Origin: an uncultured delta proteobacterium
GTDB taxonomy: Bacteria > Desulfobacterota > Desulfomonilia > Desulfomonilales > Desulfomonilaceae
DNA length: 64,000 bases
Assembly (NCBI GenBank): GCA_963789265.1
Contig: CAWBKB010000001.1
Coordinates: 1,248,001-1,312,000, forward strand
Direction of reading: 5' to 3'
The first letter of the stretch is position 1, and every line of letters starts with the position of its first letter. The position numbers and the translations under genes are program-made. The notes beneath the pieces are model-generated. The model was not told the DNA's origin. It worked only from the letters and a program-made list of their open reading frames with translations, and searched no databases. Shown here in pieces: positions 29,990 through 40,051 of the stretch.

Positions 29990-30799
29990 TTATCCGAAGA
30001 TGAAGAGACGGCAAAGAGAAAAAACCGCAAGAAACAGAAATGCTTCGTAATCGGGCTTGGTAAAGCGCAGTGGTCTATATTCCGATCGGGGTAGCCCGGG
30101 CTGAAAACCCCTGGCGGTCATCGCAACGGCCAGCAGGTCGCCGCGCCTCAGAGTCCCTGTCAGGGCAGGGACAAGCACAGCGATGAGGTCTCTGCACCTC
30201 GAGACGATCCCTCCGTGCCCGAATTCCACTCCTCGGGACTTCTGGGCGTCAATTGTAGCGCTCAACTCCTGTTGAAGTAACGGCACAAAGCGCATCGCCA
30301 GCAACAGTACCATTCCAATTTCTTCAACCGGCACGCGAAAACGCTTCAAGGGGCGGGCCAGACGTTCGAAACTCCTGGCAAGGTCCTGCGGCATGGTGGT
30401 AAAAGTCAAAACCATAGATAGGATTATTGCCTGCATAATCTGACCGGCAAACATCAGACCGCTTTGAAGCCCCTGCTGAGTTATGGGCAGCGTCCATCGG
30501 CCCAAAACCACAGGTTGGCCGCCCCTGGTGAAGGCAATGTTCATTCCTGCGGCAATTATCAGCATCCACGAGAAACGAAGCAAGCCCCACCACCAGACGC
30601 GCCATCCGATCCCGGACAGAAGAATGAGCGCCGGCATAAGGCAAAAGGTGGCAAGAAGGGTGCTCCATGTGCGGGTGGTAAACACCCAGACGAGCAGCAC
30701 AGCCAAGCCGGCCAACTTGGTCCGGGGATCGAGTCCGTGCAACACCGAGTCGCCTGGAATATAGCCGCCTATGAACACGTCCTGCATCAATTTGTTCAT
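29990..30799 (-). CDS. ecfT: ECF transporter transmembrane T component
   Basis: GGYIPGDSVLHGLDPRTKL, LAMRFVP, AQKSRG and AMTARG coupling motifs. Confidence 0.9.
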   Translation of the reverse strand: MNKLMQDVFIGGYIPGDSVLHGLDPRTKLAGLAVLLVWVFTTRTWSTLLATFCLMPALILLSGIGWRVWWWGLLRFSWMLIIAAGMNIAFTRGGQPVVLGRWTLPITQQGLQSGLMFAGQIMQAIILSMVLTFTTMPQDLARSFERLARPLKRFRVPVEEIGMVLLLAMRFVPLLQQELSATIDAQKSRGVEFGHGGIVSRCRDLIAVLVPALTGTLRRGDLLAVAMTARGFQPGLPRSEYRPLRFTKPDYEAFLFLAVFSLCRLFIFG

Positions 30800-30907
30800 G
30801 TTGGAATTCCCGCCATATTGAGTCTACGTAACACCTCTGTAAGGTCAGCTCGATTGTAATAGGCACCGCGGAGTACGCAGAGATCGCAGAGCATCCCGCG
30901 TCCTGCG

Positions 30908-31085
30908 CATGGGCGTTAAGATAACGATTTATTCCCCCCTTTCGTAAAGGGGGGCCAGGAGGGATTTTGGGATAACTCATTGAAAATCCCCCTAAATCCC
31001 CCTTTAGAAAAGGGGGACTTTGATCGCTCTCGGCCTGCATTCACCTCTTGAAAAGGAACGAAATTGCCTTAACTTAACGCGAATG
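30908..31085 (-). mobile_element. MITE-like element, copy 2 (~178 bp), 10-11-bp target duplication
   Basis: Ends catgggcgttaagataa / ttaacttaacgcgaatg; flanks cgcgtcctgcg (30897-30907) and tgcgtcctgcg (31086-31096); reverse complement aligns to 8440-8624. Confidence 0.78.
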
Positions 31086-31394
31086 TGCGTCCTGCGGGAC
31101 GGTGATCCCCGCGGACAGCAGGATTGTTTGCCGGGCGAACGGTTACAGTGGATTATACACCAACTGGATGGAGCTTGTAGCTTGACCCTGAACTCTGCCG
31201 CACATTACACAGGAGCTGCCGTCCGGACTGCCCCACAAACCCCGGAGAGGGCTTCAGCTTGACCATTATCGTTTAAGGCGATAGTCTTTGAAGTGGCGTC
31301 AACTGCAAGATGCAGGAAACATTTGACGGTAGGAGAGGAAGCTGCGCGAAAGAGCACAAAGGTTTTACCACCAAGTATTCAAGTTGTTAAGTCC

Positions 31395-31821
31395 ATGCCC
31401 AAAGATGCCTTTGATAATCTGACGGTACTCAAGAAATCGAGCACGCCATGTCCTGACAGTCCCGATAAGGCAAAACTCGAGAAGCTTTCCTAACATATAC
31501 TCGTCTCGTGACTACACCATTACGTTCGATTGTCCGGAGTTCACCAGCCTTTGTCCTGTAACGGGGCAGCCTGATTTTGCAAAAATCAGCATCGTTTACA
31601 TTCCGGACCTCAAGTGCATCGAATCCAAGTCGTTGAAACTATACCTCTTTTCCTTTAGAAACACAGGAATGTTTCACGAAGAGATCACGAATCGAATCCT
31701 TGACGATCTGGTAGCTGCTTGCGGGCCCCGGTGGGCCCGGGTACGGGGTGTGATGAATGCCAGAGGCGGGATCTCCATTGAGGTTACAGCGGAATACTCC
31801 AAGCCCGGCTTCGAACGCTAG
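31395..31821 (+). CDS. queF: NADPH-dependent preQ0 reductase (type I); frameshift at about 31482
   Basis: PEFTSLCPVTGQPDFA, ESKSLKLY QueF motif, FHEE, RGGI; one extra A joins MPKDAF...KLE to SFPNIY. Confidence 0.9.
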
Positions 31822-31867
31822 CCTTGCTTCAACCGAACCCTTTCGTTGGCAATTCTAGTGCCGCATT

Positions 31868-33322
31868 CTACTTGAAAAGTGAGAGTGCGAACCAAGGCGG
31901 CAACAAGTGGCCCAGCAAAATGCCCACAGCGGCAATTCCCCCAAAGGCCGCGATCCTCAGCAAAACATTCCTGGTGACAATCGCAGGGCTTGGCGAGAGA
32001 TTCGCCGAAACCGGTATCAGCCCCAGCAGGATGTGGAAGAACCAGCTCAGTTGTGGGTGCAAGAGACCATCCAGTACCTGATAGTGAAGAATGGCTCCGG
32101 AAAGTGGCAAGAAAAGCACCAGGGGGTGGAAAATGAATTCATCCGGCGGGCGGAAAACCATCCTCAGGAGCACCAACATCAAGAAAATCAGTGATGCAGT
32201 ATAGATTATCGTAAAAGGAAATCCCAAATCCGCTAGAAACGTGAAGAACATGTTTTCAGAAGTTCTCAAGCGGCTGGTCCATTTAACAAATGTGTCCTTG
32301 GAGATGTACGGATACTCGGGTTGGTAGTTTTCCAGGATCTTGCCGCGGGGGGCGAGAAGGCCATTTCCGAGCAGAGGATGGTCAGAGGCAATCTTCAACG
32401 AGAAAAAGATGCTCTCGGCCCTGTAAGCCACAGATTCACCTTGTTTCCCCCATTTCTTAACATGGTTGGCATCCTGATAGAAAAAGGCGTTCCCGGCTGC
32501 CAGTGAAATTGCAAACAACACCACAAGTAGAGGGACGATTTGCTTAAGTCGCCATTCCCGGAGGACCGCCGCAAGAAGGCACAGAACGATGGGAATAACA
32601 ACCGCGGACCCCATTGCAGCCGTGCGGGCCCCAAACAGTAGTATTATGTAGCTTGCGCACAACAAGATCACGCCGGCCGTGACTGCCCCGCGCGATCTAG
32701 TGCTCAGCAAGGTCAGCGGGGCAAACGAAAGCAGAATGAGCCTGTCGGCTACAGGGTGCCAATGCGAATCCAGGAATTGATAGATATTGCCCCTTATCGC
32801 GATACTGGCCGCACTCAGGACGAGAATTCCGCAAAGCATCAATATGCACAGATCTCGGAAATAGCGTTGCCTATCAGGAGAGCCAAGGAGGATCCTGGAA
32901 CACCAAAAACCGCCGAGACCGGACGCAAGAACAGTAAAGCCTCGCACCGAGGAGGACTCCGGTGTAAGGCTAAATAGCCCGCTCAATACCACCAGGAGCA
33001 GGAGCACGAGAGACACGATAATTTCCGCCGGCGTGGCACGGCCTGAGCCTTTCCTGCGGAAAGCCAGAGCAAAGACGAGACTGACCGCGCACAAGATAGC
33101 GGAAAAGACATTGGCTCGGCCGCCTGGAATGACAATCAGATAGGGGTTGAGAAACGCCAGTTGCAGCGATGTCAAGCAGAACGCTATCCACGCGACTTTT
33201 TCGCCCACGGATGATGCTGCGAGCCCTCCGGAAACTATGCCGGACAACCTATCGTTAATTGCCTCTACCTCCCCTGGGAGTTTTGCATTTGACAGCAGAC
33301 CTGCGTGAACCGAGTCAGTCAA
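31868..33322 (-). CDS. O-antigen ligase/Wzy_C-like polytopic membrane protein
   Basis: Many TM segments; SVAYR...IASDHPLLGNG...SENMF...LADLG pattern. Confidence 0.75.
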   Translation of the reverse strand: MTDSVHAGLLSNAKLPGEVEAINDRLSGIVSGGLAASSVGEKVAWIAFCLTSLQLAFLNPYLIVIPGGRANVFSAILCAVSLVFALAFRRKGSGRATPAEIIVSLVLLLLVVLSGLFSLTPESSSVRGFTVLASGLGGFWCSRILLGSPDRQRYFRDLCILMLCGILVLSAASIAIRGNIYQFLDSHWHPVADRLILLSFAPLTLLSTRSRGAVTAGVILLCASYIILLFGARTAAMGSAVVIPIVLCLLAAVLREWRLKQIVPLLVVLFAISLAAGNAFFYQDANHVKKWGKQGESVAYRAESIFFSLKIASDHPLLGNGLLAPRGKILENYQPEYPYISKDTFVKWTSRLRTSENMFFTFLADLGFPFTIIYTASLIFLMLVLLRMVFRPPDEFIFHPLVLFLPLSGAILHYQVLDGLLHPQLSWFFHILLGLIPVSANLSPSPAIVTRNVLLRIAAFGGIAAVGILLGHLLPPWFALSLFK

Positions 33323-33743
33323 GCCCGGAACGGTCGTACGGAAAGACGGCCGGATTGCCGGGTATTCCGAAAGAGTGGAATTTAGCCCCGGGATATCGAA
33401 CTAGACCTGGGTAACGAATTAAGATGCCGTAGATCCGTGCAATTTTCAAGGTATTTCAAAAAAGGTGGTGGGTTAGCCCGCTCGCAATGATAGTCTTTCG
33501 CCGCTGGTGGCTTAAGGCACAGAAGCCACCGCATGGGGATTTTCTTGAAAAATTACGGAAGATGCAGAATTAAGGATCTGATGGCAAGGCAACGCGGTCC
33601 TCGATAAGTGCGAGTGCGGCAAGTTCTTTAAAATCGTGGTTGACCCGGGGTCGCGCCGAGCGGTATGCTCGGACAAGGAGAAAGGCTCTCGGAGAGCCTT
33701 GTACCGACAATTTATCCGGCCATGCAAAGAAAGGGAACGAACC

Positions 33744-34715
33744 ATGCAAGACGTACCAAAGGCTCTCCAAGCGGTCGATCGAGTGGAGGTACTTACCCTT
33801 ATAGACAATTACGTGGATGTGCTGCTCGCAGACGGACCCGGTGTGATCAGAGCAGGGAACGCGAGGAAGGGCGAGGCCGAAATTCCTCGACAAACCTTGG
33901 TGGCCGAACACGGGCTGTCGCTCCTGATTACCGTGTATCGGAACGGAACGAGCCACACGGTACTCCTGGACACGGGGTATAATTCCGCATCTATGCTTCA
34001 CAACATGGAATACCTCGATGTCAGCCCGGCCGGCATCGAGGCTGTGGTGCTCAGCCACGGCCACATGGACCATTCAGGCGGCCTGAACCAACTCCTGGAA
34101 AAGCTGGGTAACGGTGTTAGTGTGGTGGCGCACCCGGACGTTTTCCGGCAGCGATTCCTCGTCCGACCTCAGGTGGGAAAGCTGAGCCTTCCGATTCTAG
34201 CGGACATGGAAAACCTTCGAAGCCTGAATGCAACGTTCACTGATGCAAGCGGTCCGGTCTATTTGGCGGAGAACATGATACTGGTGAGCGGCGAAGTCCC
34301 TCGCATTACTGACTTCGAGAAGGGGATGCCCGGCGCATTCATGGAAGAGCAGGGAGAAATGGTTCCAGATGCAATCAGGGACGATCAAGCCGTGGTTGTC
34401 GAACTTGCCGGCCAGGGTCTGGTGGTTATTTCGGGATGCGCTCATTCAGGAATTATAAATTCCATACTCTATGCGAAGCAACTGGCGGGTGAGTCCCGTG
34501 TTGCAGGGATAATAGGCGGCTTTCACCTGTCGGGTCCGGATATGGCACCCGCGGTCGAGATTACTATCCGCGAGCTGAAGCAGCTATCTCCGGGCCTGAT
34601 CATGCCCATGCACTGCACCGGCTGGAACGCGATACAGCGCTTGCAGAATGAATTTCCCGGGGCATTTGTACTGAGTAGCGTGGGCACAAAGGTGGTTCTG
34701 CCGCGGGAGGTGTGA
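33744..34715 (+). CDS. Metallo-beta-lactamase-fold hydrolase (MJ0301/DHPS-like subgroup)
   Basis: AEHGLS, LDTG, SHGHMDHSGG, GCAHSG, GGFHL, PMHCTG. Confidence 0.9.
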   Translation: MQDVPKALQAVDRVEVLTLIDNYVDVLLADGPGVIRAGNARKGEAEIPRQTLVAEHGLSLLITVYRNGTSHTVLLDTGYNSASMLHNMEYLDVSPAGIEAVVLSHGHMDHSGGLNQLLEKLGNGVSVVAHPDVFRQRFLVRPQVGKLSLPILADMENLRSLNATFTDASGPVYLAENMILVSGEVPRITDFEKGMPGAFMEEQGEMVPDAIRDDQAVVVELAGQGLVVISGCAHSGIINSILYAKQLAGESRVAGIIGGFHLSGPDMAPAVEITIRELKQLSPGLIMPMHCTGWNAIQRLQNEFPGAFVLSSVGTKVVLPREV

Positions 34716-34814
34716 AAGCGGGGTTAATCGTCTAGGTATCTGCCAGAACATAGAACTAATCGGGCTATGTGCTTCCGACAGCCTTCCACGTCAATAATTG
34801 GGGATGGCGGGGCG

Positions 34815-34860
34815 AGCTCTCGACGCCGGCGGCCGGGTGGAAGTGAACGGTGTAATTCAC
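34815..34860 (-). pseudogene. 5' remnant of a ParE/RelE-like toxin
   Basis: GTG overlapping the antitoxin stop (GTGA): MNYTVHFHPAA, then similarity lost. Confidence 0.45.
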
Positions 34861-35087
34861 GACAGTCGCGCCCGAGCATCTCGGAAGACTTCTTCCGTGT
34901 CTCGCAACGCCACTTTGCCCGCTTCAATCTCTTCATCACGACGAATTGCCTCTTCCAGCCATAGCCTCTCCGTCTCAGATTCCGATGGTTCATCTAAGCT
35001 AAGCAAGAGCCTGCCGGCCAACTGTACCCGCTCCTCAATATTTAATTGGAGGGCCGCTGTTATAATTTCATCGAGTTACTTTCCCAT
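34857..35087 (-). pseudogene. Addiction-module antitoxin (TIGR02574-like) with in-frame TAA at codon 4
   Basis: MGK*LDEIITAALQLNIEERVQLAGRLLLSLDE...LWLEEAIRRDEEIEAGKV...EEVFRDARARLS; manual translation. Confidence 0.75.
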
Positions 35088-35106
35088 GTTCTCAACTTCC
35101 TCTCCA

Positions 35107-35481
35107 TTAGCGCTCGGGCTGCAACGGTAGTCGTGTGATACGGACGCGTTTCTTGTCCACGACGCAGATTGAGCTTTGCAAAATCTCCACAGATACTATC
35201 CTCAGCACCGTCTCCAACAAATCACACATCTCTATATCGGAATAATTCCCGCCGCGAAACAGGATTATGCCCGGCCCGTCGGCCAAGCTGAGCGCCAAGA
35301 GACGAGGAAAATCCAAATCCGCTGTGATGATAACACGGCCGTCGCTACGGGCGAAATTCAACAATTCGATATCCGGAGCACGATCTTTGCCGATTTGATT
35401 GGCGTGAACTCCTTGATGTCCGTACGTGTGAAGGACTTTGAGCAGAAGAGAAGAGACCGGCATATCAAAAAGGAATTTCAT
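35107..35481 (-). CDS. DUF5615 PIN-like toxin (VapC45-like)
   Basis: MKFLFDM, APDIELL, IITADLDF, RVRITRLP. Confidence 0.88.
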   Translation of the reverse strand: MKFLFDMPVSSLLLKVLHTYGHQGVHANQIGKDRAPDIELLNFARSDGRVIITADLDFPRLLALSLADGPGIILFRGGNYSDIEMCDLLETVLRIVSVEILQSSICVVDKKRVRITRLPLQPER

Positions 35482-35702
35482 GAAGCGAACTCGACCACTT
35501 GTTCATCAGCCAGGAAAGCCGCGTAATTGAGGGCTTCTTGGATGTCCTCCGATTCCAGGTAAGGGTATGCCTTCAAGATAGACTCCTTAGTTTCTCCTGC
35601 TGCCAGCAGTCCCAGCAATCGTGAAACCGGGAACCGTAACCCGCGAATCACAGGCTTCCCACCGCAGATTTCGGGATTCACGGTAATCCGTTGCAGAGTC
35701 AT
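35478..35702 (-). CDS. DUF433 antitoxin (VapB45-like)
   Basis: RITVNPEICGGKPVIRGLRFPV...YPYLE.EDI..AL.YAA; 4-nt overlap with toxin. Confidence 0.92.
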   Translation of the reverse strand: MTLQRITVNPEICGGKPVIRGLRFPVSRLLGLLAAGETKESILKAYPYLESEDIQEALNYAAFLADEQVVEFAS

Positions 35703-36348
35703 CGTGGATACCTCCTGTTCGGGCTTTATAGATAGACGAAAATCGGTCTCTTCTCAACGTGCTTCGTGACCGGGGCGGTGTCAAGAACAAAAGACCCCTT
35801 TTCGTAGCTGTTCGGTTATCCTGGGTCGAGTGTGGTCTTTCATAAATTCAGCCAACAGAACTTAGGCAGCGCTGAACAGGCAGCCCAGCCGCCTTTTGCA
35901 AAAAAAAATTGAGAATCAACTTGGAAAAAATGACGAGTCTGTGGTATTGAAAGATTAGTGTTTTTGTCGGGGATCATGGAGCGAGGGCTGCAAGTTTTCT
36001 CCCAGGCTGGACAGGTTGGCTTTTTCACTCCCGGAAACATTGTTCCCGAACCCGAGGTGGGCCTGAATACCTTGACTAGCGAATCAGTACCCTGTCCGCG
36101 CCGCCTCCATCCGCAAAGATTTTCCAGCGTCTGTCTGTAAAAAAACCGGCGCCCCGCTAAGCGCCATATCTTACAAAGGACAGTGAATACTCGAACCCAA
36201 AACCCTTGCACCCTCCCAGGAGAACGCGACGAAAGCCTTAAGAAGGTTTTCATTTGAATTTTTCCTGATTGCGGCGATAATGACCGTCTGTCCTTGTTAG
36301 TCAGTTACAACGCGGGATTGAAGACAGAAAGGCGGAAATAAGGGCGAA

Positions 36349-37203
36349 ATGGATTTCGTTATTCTTGAAGTGCTTAACGGCCTCGCGTTCGCCATGCTGC
36401 TTTTCCTGGTTACTTCCGGTCTCTCCCTGATTTTCGGATTGATGCGCCTCATAAACCTGGTCCACGCTTCGTTCTACTTGCTGGCAGGTTATGTCGCACT
36501 GACCGTGATCGGTCGGACCGGCAGCTTTCTGTCGGGTCTGGTTGTAGCCTGCCTGGTGGTGCCGCTCGTCGGCATCTGTGTGCAGCGAGTCTTCCTGCGC
36601 CGATTCGAACGAAACGAACTCGCTCAGGTGCTTGTCACGTTTGGTTTGATTTTCATTATAGGGGATGCTTGTCTTTGGATCTGGGGCGGGTTGCCAAGGT
36701 CTATCCTCAAACCTTCCTTTCTCAACAGAGCAATCTTCTTTGGGGACATTGTTTTTCCCGCTTACCGCCTCTTCATAATGGTCACGGGATTCGTCGTGGC
36801 AGTGGCACTTTGGCTCTTCCTGGACAAGACGAGAGCGGGAGCCATGATCAGAGCGAGTGTGGACAATCCGGATATGGCAGCAGCGGTGGGGGTGAATGTT
36901 CCGATGCTGTTCATGGCGGTGTATGCTCTGGGGACATTTCTAGCGGCACTGGCGGGGGTCCTGGGTGGGGCATTCGTAGGAGTGTATCCAGGAGCAGATC
37001 TTGATATCCTTCTATTAGCACTGGTAACGCTTATCATCGGCGGTGAGGGGAGCCTCCTGGGCGCGTTCGTCGGCAGCATCCTGGTAGGCATGATGGACAA
37101 TTTCGGTAGATCCCTCTTCCCGGAACTCTCATTGTTCATGGTCTTTGCGCCTATGGCCATAATCCTGGCGGTCAGGCCGCAGGGTTTGTTCGGTAAAAAA
37201 TGA
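36349..37203 (+). CDS. LIV-type ABC transporter permease (LivH-like)
   Basis: GLSLIFGLMRLINL, RPQGLFG. Confidence 0.92.
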   Translation: MDFVILEVLNGLAFAMLLFLVTSGLSLIFGLMRLINLVHASFYLLAGYVALTVIGRTGSFLSGLVVACLVVPLVGICVQRVFLRRFERNELAQVLVTFGLIFIIGDACLWIWGGLPRSILKPSFLNRAIFFGDIVFPAYRLFIMVTGFVVAVALWLFLDKTRAGAMIRASVDNPDMAAAVGVNVPMLFMAVYALGTFLAALAGVLGGAFVGVYPGADLDILLLALVTLIIGGEGSLLGAFVGSILVGMMDNFGRSLFPELSLFMVFAPMAIILAVRPQGLFGKK

Positions 37204-38138
37204 AACTCACTATCTCACTACTATTGATGGTCGTTATCACCCTGGTCCTGCTGGCTTGCCCCTTGTTTCTCTCCTCGTATTACATGAGTCTGATGACCCA
37301 GGTGCTGATATTCGCCCTCTTTGCGATGAGTCTCGATCTCCTGGTTGGGAGTTTGGGATTGCCTTCTTTGGGCCATGCTGTTTATTTCGGAGTAGCGGCC
37401 TATACTGCGGGGTTGTTGGCTTTAAAAGTCACCGCGAATTTCTGGTTTTGTCTTTTGGCGGGAACAGGCGTAGGGCTCATAACCGCAGCCTTGTTCGGTT
37501 TTTTGGCTGTCCGCACCTACGGATCTTCTTTTCTTATGATTACTTTGGCACTTGCGCAGGTCGTCTGGGGAATAGCTTATAAGTGGCGATCGTTTACCGG
37601 TGGTGACGATGGCCTTTCGGGAATTGGCGTTCCGCATCTCGGTCTACCGTTGGTTGTCACACAAAACACGTACTATTACCTGGTTCTCGTAGTCTTCGGT
37701 GTTGCAAGCTTTATGCTGACTATCATCGTAAGGTCCCCGTTTGGTAACACGCTCACCGGCATAAGAGAGAGCGAGTCCAGGATGAGATCGCTTGGGTACA
37801 ACCCCGTCTTGTACAAGTATCTCTGCTTCGTTCTGGCCGGTGGATTCGCATCGGTTTCCGGCGTGCTGTTTGTGTTTCAAAATCGCTTTGTCGGGCCCAG
37901 CGACTTGGGATTGGTGCTGTCCGCGAAAGGGTTGCTCATGGTGATTCTCGGAGGGGCCGGGACTCTCTGGGGTGCGGCACTCGGTGCGGCAGTCATCACC
38001 TTGTCGGAAAATATAATCAGCGCTTACATTGATCGCTGGATCATGGTTCTTGGTATCATATACGTCATTTCCATCATGTTTTTTCCCCAGGGAATAGTGG
38101 GAGCGATCAGAGGCAGACAGGGAGAGGGGTCATCTTGA
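37200..38138 (+). CDS. LIV-type ABC transporter permease (LivM-like)
   Basis: SLGHA, MITLALAQ, TGGDDG, GIRESE.R. Confidence 0.92.
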   Translation: MKLTISLLLMVVITLVLLACPLFLSSYYMSLMTQVLIFALFAMSLDLLVGSLGLPSLGHAVYFGVAAYTAGLLALKVTANFWFCLLAGTGVGLITAALFGFLAVRTYGSSFLMITLALAQVVWGIAYKWRSFTGGDDGLSGIGVPHLGLPLVVTQNTYYYLVLVVFGVASFMLTIIVRSPFGNTLTGIRESESRMRSLGYNPVLYKYLCFVLAGGFASVSGVLFVFQNRFVGPSDLGLVLSAKGLLMVILGGAGTLWGAALGAAVITLSENIISAYIDRWIMVLGIIYVISIMFFPQGIVGAIRGRQGEGSS

Positions 38139-38899
38139 CGCAGCCATTGAGAGTGGAAAAAGTGGGCAAGATGTTTGGCAAAGTCGCGGTCCTCCTGGGG
38201 GTTTCTCTCGGACTCGAACCCGGGGAGAGACACGCTATCTTGGGGCCCAATGGCGCGGGCAAGACAACACTCTTCAACGTCATCTCAGGGATTCATGGGC
38301 TTAGCTCCGGCCGAGTCTTTCTGTTTGGCGAGGATGTATCAAGAATGCCGGTTCAGCGCCGGGCATCCATGGGATTGGGTAGGACGTTTCAGATTACCAA
38401 TCTGTTCGGTGCGTTGACGGTATTCCAAAACATAATGCTTGCACGACAGTCCTTAGAGCCCTATCGTTTTACCTTTTTTAAGCCACTGACCCGTTATCCA
38501 AGACTTATGTCGGAAGTGGAGAATATCCTGTGCCAGTGGGGAATCGAGGAGAAACACGATCAGGTGGTGAGCACCCTCTCCTACGGAGAGCAACGGCAGC
38601 TTGAAGTTATTATGGCGATGGCCAACAAGCCGAAGTTGCTGCTTCTAGATGAGCCTACCGCAGGATTGTCCCCATCCGAGACGGCGAGTATGACAACGTT
38701 TCTTAGCAAGCTGGAAGACTCCATTACCATACTTCTGGTAGAGCACGACATGGATGTGGTCTTTTCCCTGGCAGAGAAAATCACAGTGATGCATTACGGG
38801 AACGTGGTCGCGCAAGGGCCGGTGCAGGAGATCAAAGGGAATCCCCAAGTCATGGCGGCATATCTCGGAGAGGAACCCGAGCAGCATGTTACTGGTTGA
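38135..38899 (+). CDS. LIV-type ABC ATPase (LivG-like)
   Basis: GPNGAGKTT, LSYGEQR, LLDEP, VEHDM. Confidence 0.93.
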   Translation: MTQPLRVEKVGKMFGKVAVLLGVSLGLEPGERHAILGPNGAGKTTLFNVISGIHGLSSGRVFLFGEDVSRMPVQRRASMGLGRTFQITNLFGALTVFQNIMLARQSLEPYRFTFFKPLTRYPRLMSEVENILCQWGIEEKHDQVVSTLSYGEQRQLEVIMAMANKPKLLLLDEPTAGLSPSETASMTTFLSKLEDSITILLVEHDMDVVFSLAEKITVMHYGNVVAQGPVQEIKGNPQVMAAYLGEEPEQHVTG

Positions 38900-39590
38900 A
38901 GATATCCATACTTATCTGGGCAAAAGTTACGTAATCCAAGGTACTTCTCTGAGAGTCGAGGAGGGGAGGGTCGTTGCCGTACTCGGCAGGAATGGAGTCG
39001 GAAAGACCACTTTGATACGTTCCATTATGGGACTGGTGCCGACGAGGCAAGGACGAATTGTCTTCCGCGATGAAGACGTCACGAACCTCAAGCCATATAC
39101 CCGAGCTAGAAAAGGGCTGGGCCTCGTTCCCCAGGGAAGGCAAATTTTTCCTTCTTTGACGGTGCTGGAAAACCTTCAGATAAACGCTCGAGCTGCGAGC
39201 CGGGAAAAGGAAGCCCGATGGAATCTGAAGAAGATCCTTGAGCTGTTCCCTCGACTGAAAGTAAGATTGTCCAATAGTGGGGACCAACTCAGCGGCGGAG
39301 AGCAGCAGATGCTCGCAATAGGACGCGCGCTGGCCGGAAATCCCGCTTTTATGCTTATGGACGAGCCCTCGGAAGGTCTCGCTCCCATTGTAGTGAAGGA
39401 AATTGCCGACCTCGTGGCTGAGCTAAAAGCTCAGGGGCTTTCCATTCTACTTGTGGAACAGAATTTTAAACTTGCGATGACGGCCGCGGATCACGTCTAC
39501 ATTATGAGCAAAGGCCGAATAGTGTACGAATCCGAGCCCACGGACCTCGTAGAAAACAAGGAAATTAAGGAGAAATGGCTCGGGATCTGA
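38886..39590 (+). CDS. LIV-type ABC ATPase (LivF-like)
   Basis: GRNGVGKTT, LSGGEQQMLAIGRAL, MDEPSEGLAP. Confidence 0.93.
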   Translation: MLLVEDIHTYLGKSYVIQGTSLRVEEGRVVAVLGRNGVGKTTLIRSIMGLVPTRQGRIVFRDEDVTNLKPYTRARKGLGLVPQGRQIFPSLTVLENLQINARAASREKEARWNLKKILELFPRLKVRLSNSGDQLSGGEQQMLAIGRALAGNPAFMLMDEPSEGLAPIVVKEIADLVAELKAQGLSILLVEQNFKLAMTAADHVYIMSKGRIVYESEPTDLVENKEIKEKWLGI

Positions 39591-39745
39591 TCGAAGGTCG
39601 CGGGTCGCATAATAATTGCCAAAGTACTTTCCCGAGTTGCTCGGCGTCTCGGAAGAGTATGCCCGACTTGTCTGTCGAGCAAAGGAAAGCCCCACTTGGG
39701 ACGCGGGGCGAACACCTCAGTAAGCCAAGTCGCAAGGGATTGAAC

Positions 39746-39973
39746 TCAATGGTATCCCATTGCGCAAAAAGGACTGGCCTGCATGGACGGAAGATGACAC
39801 AGCAGGGATCGTCTGGATTCGTCGTGTGAGGACACCCAGAGTTGCCAAAGATCGTCCGGCCAGACTTCGACTCGCGGCCGAGTCATTTCTTCCTCGATTC
39901 GTATATCGTTGCTTTCGGTTAGGACCCTGAAAACATCTCCTTCGCTGAAGTCTTCATACTCAATGTCGGACAT
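39746..39973 (-). CDS. Small hypothetical protein
   Basis: Strong RBS AAGGAGGTGA before ATG. Confidence 0.5.
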   Translation of the reverse strand: MSDIEYEDFSEGDVFRVLTESNDIRIEEEMTRPRVEVWPDDLWQLWVSSHDESRRSLLCHLPSMQASPFCAMGYH

Positions 39974-40051
39974 TTACTATTCACCTCCTTATATGATCGA
40001 CGATCCTACGCTCTTTAATTAATCACTTGTCACAGGCAGTCAAGCCGTCCG

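Noticed and set aside
30800..31394. preQ1 riboswitch between ecfT and queF
   Set aside because: No preQ1 aptamer consensus found; interval is mostly MITE and REP sequence
31478..31496. Programmed +1 frameshift in queF at CTT-TCC-TAA
   Set aside because: One extra A restores a normal LESFPN junction and matches the window-wide indel pattern; no stimulatory signal seen
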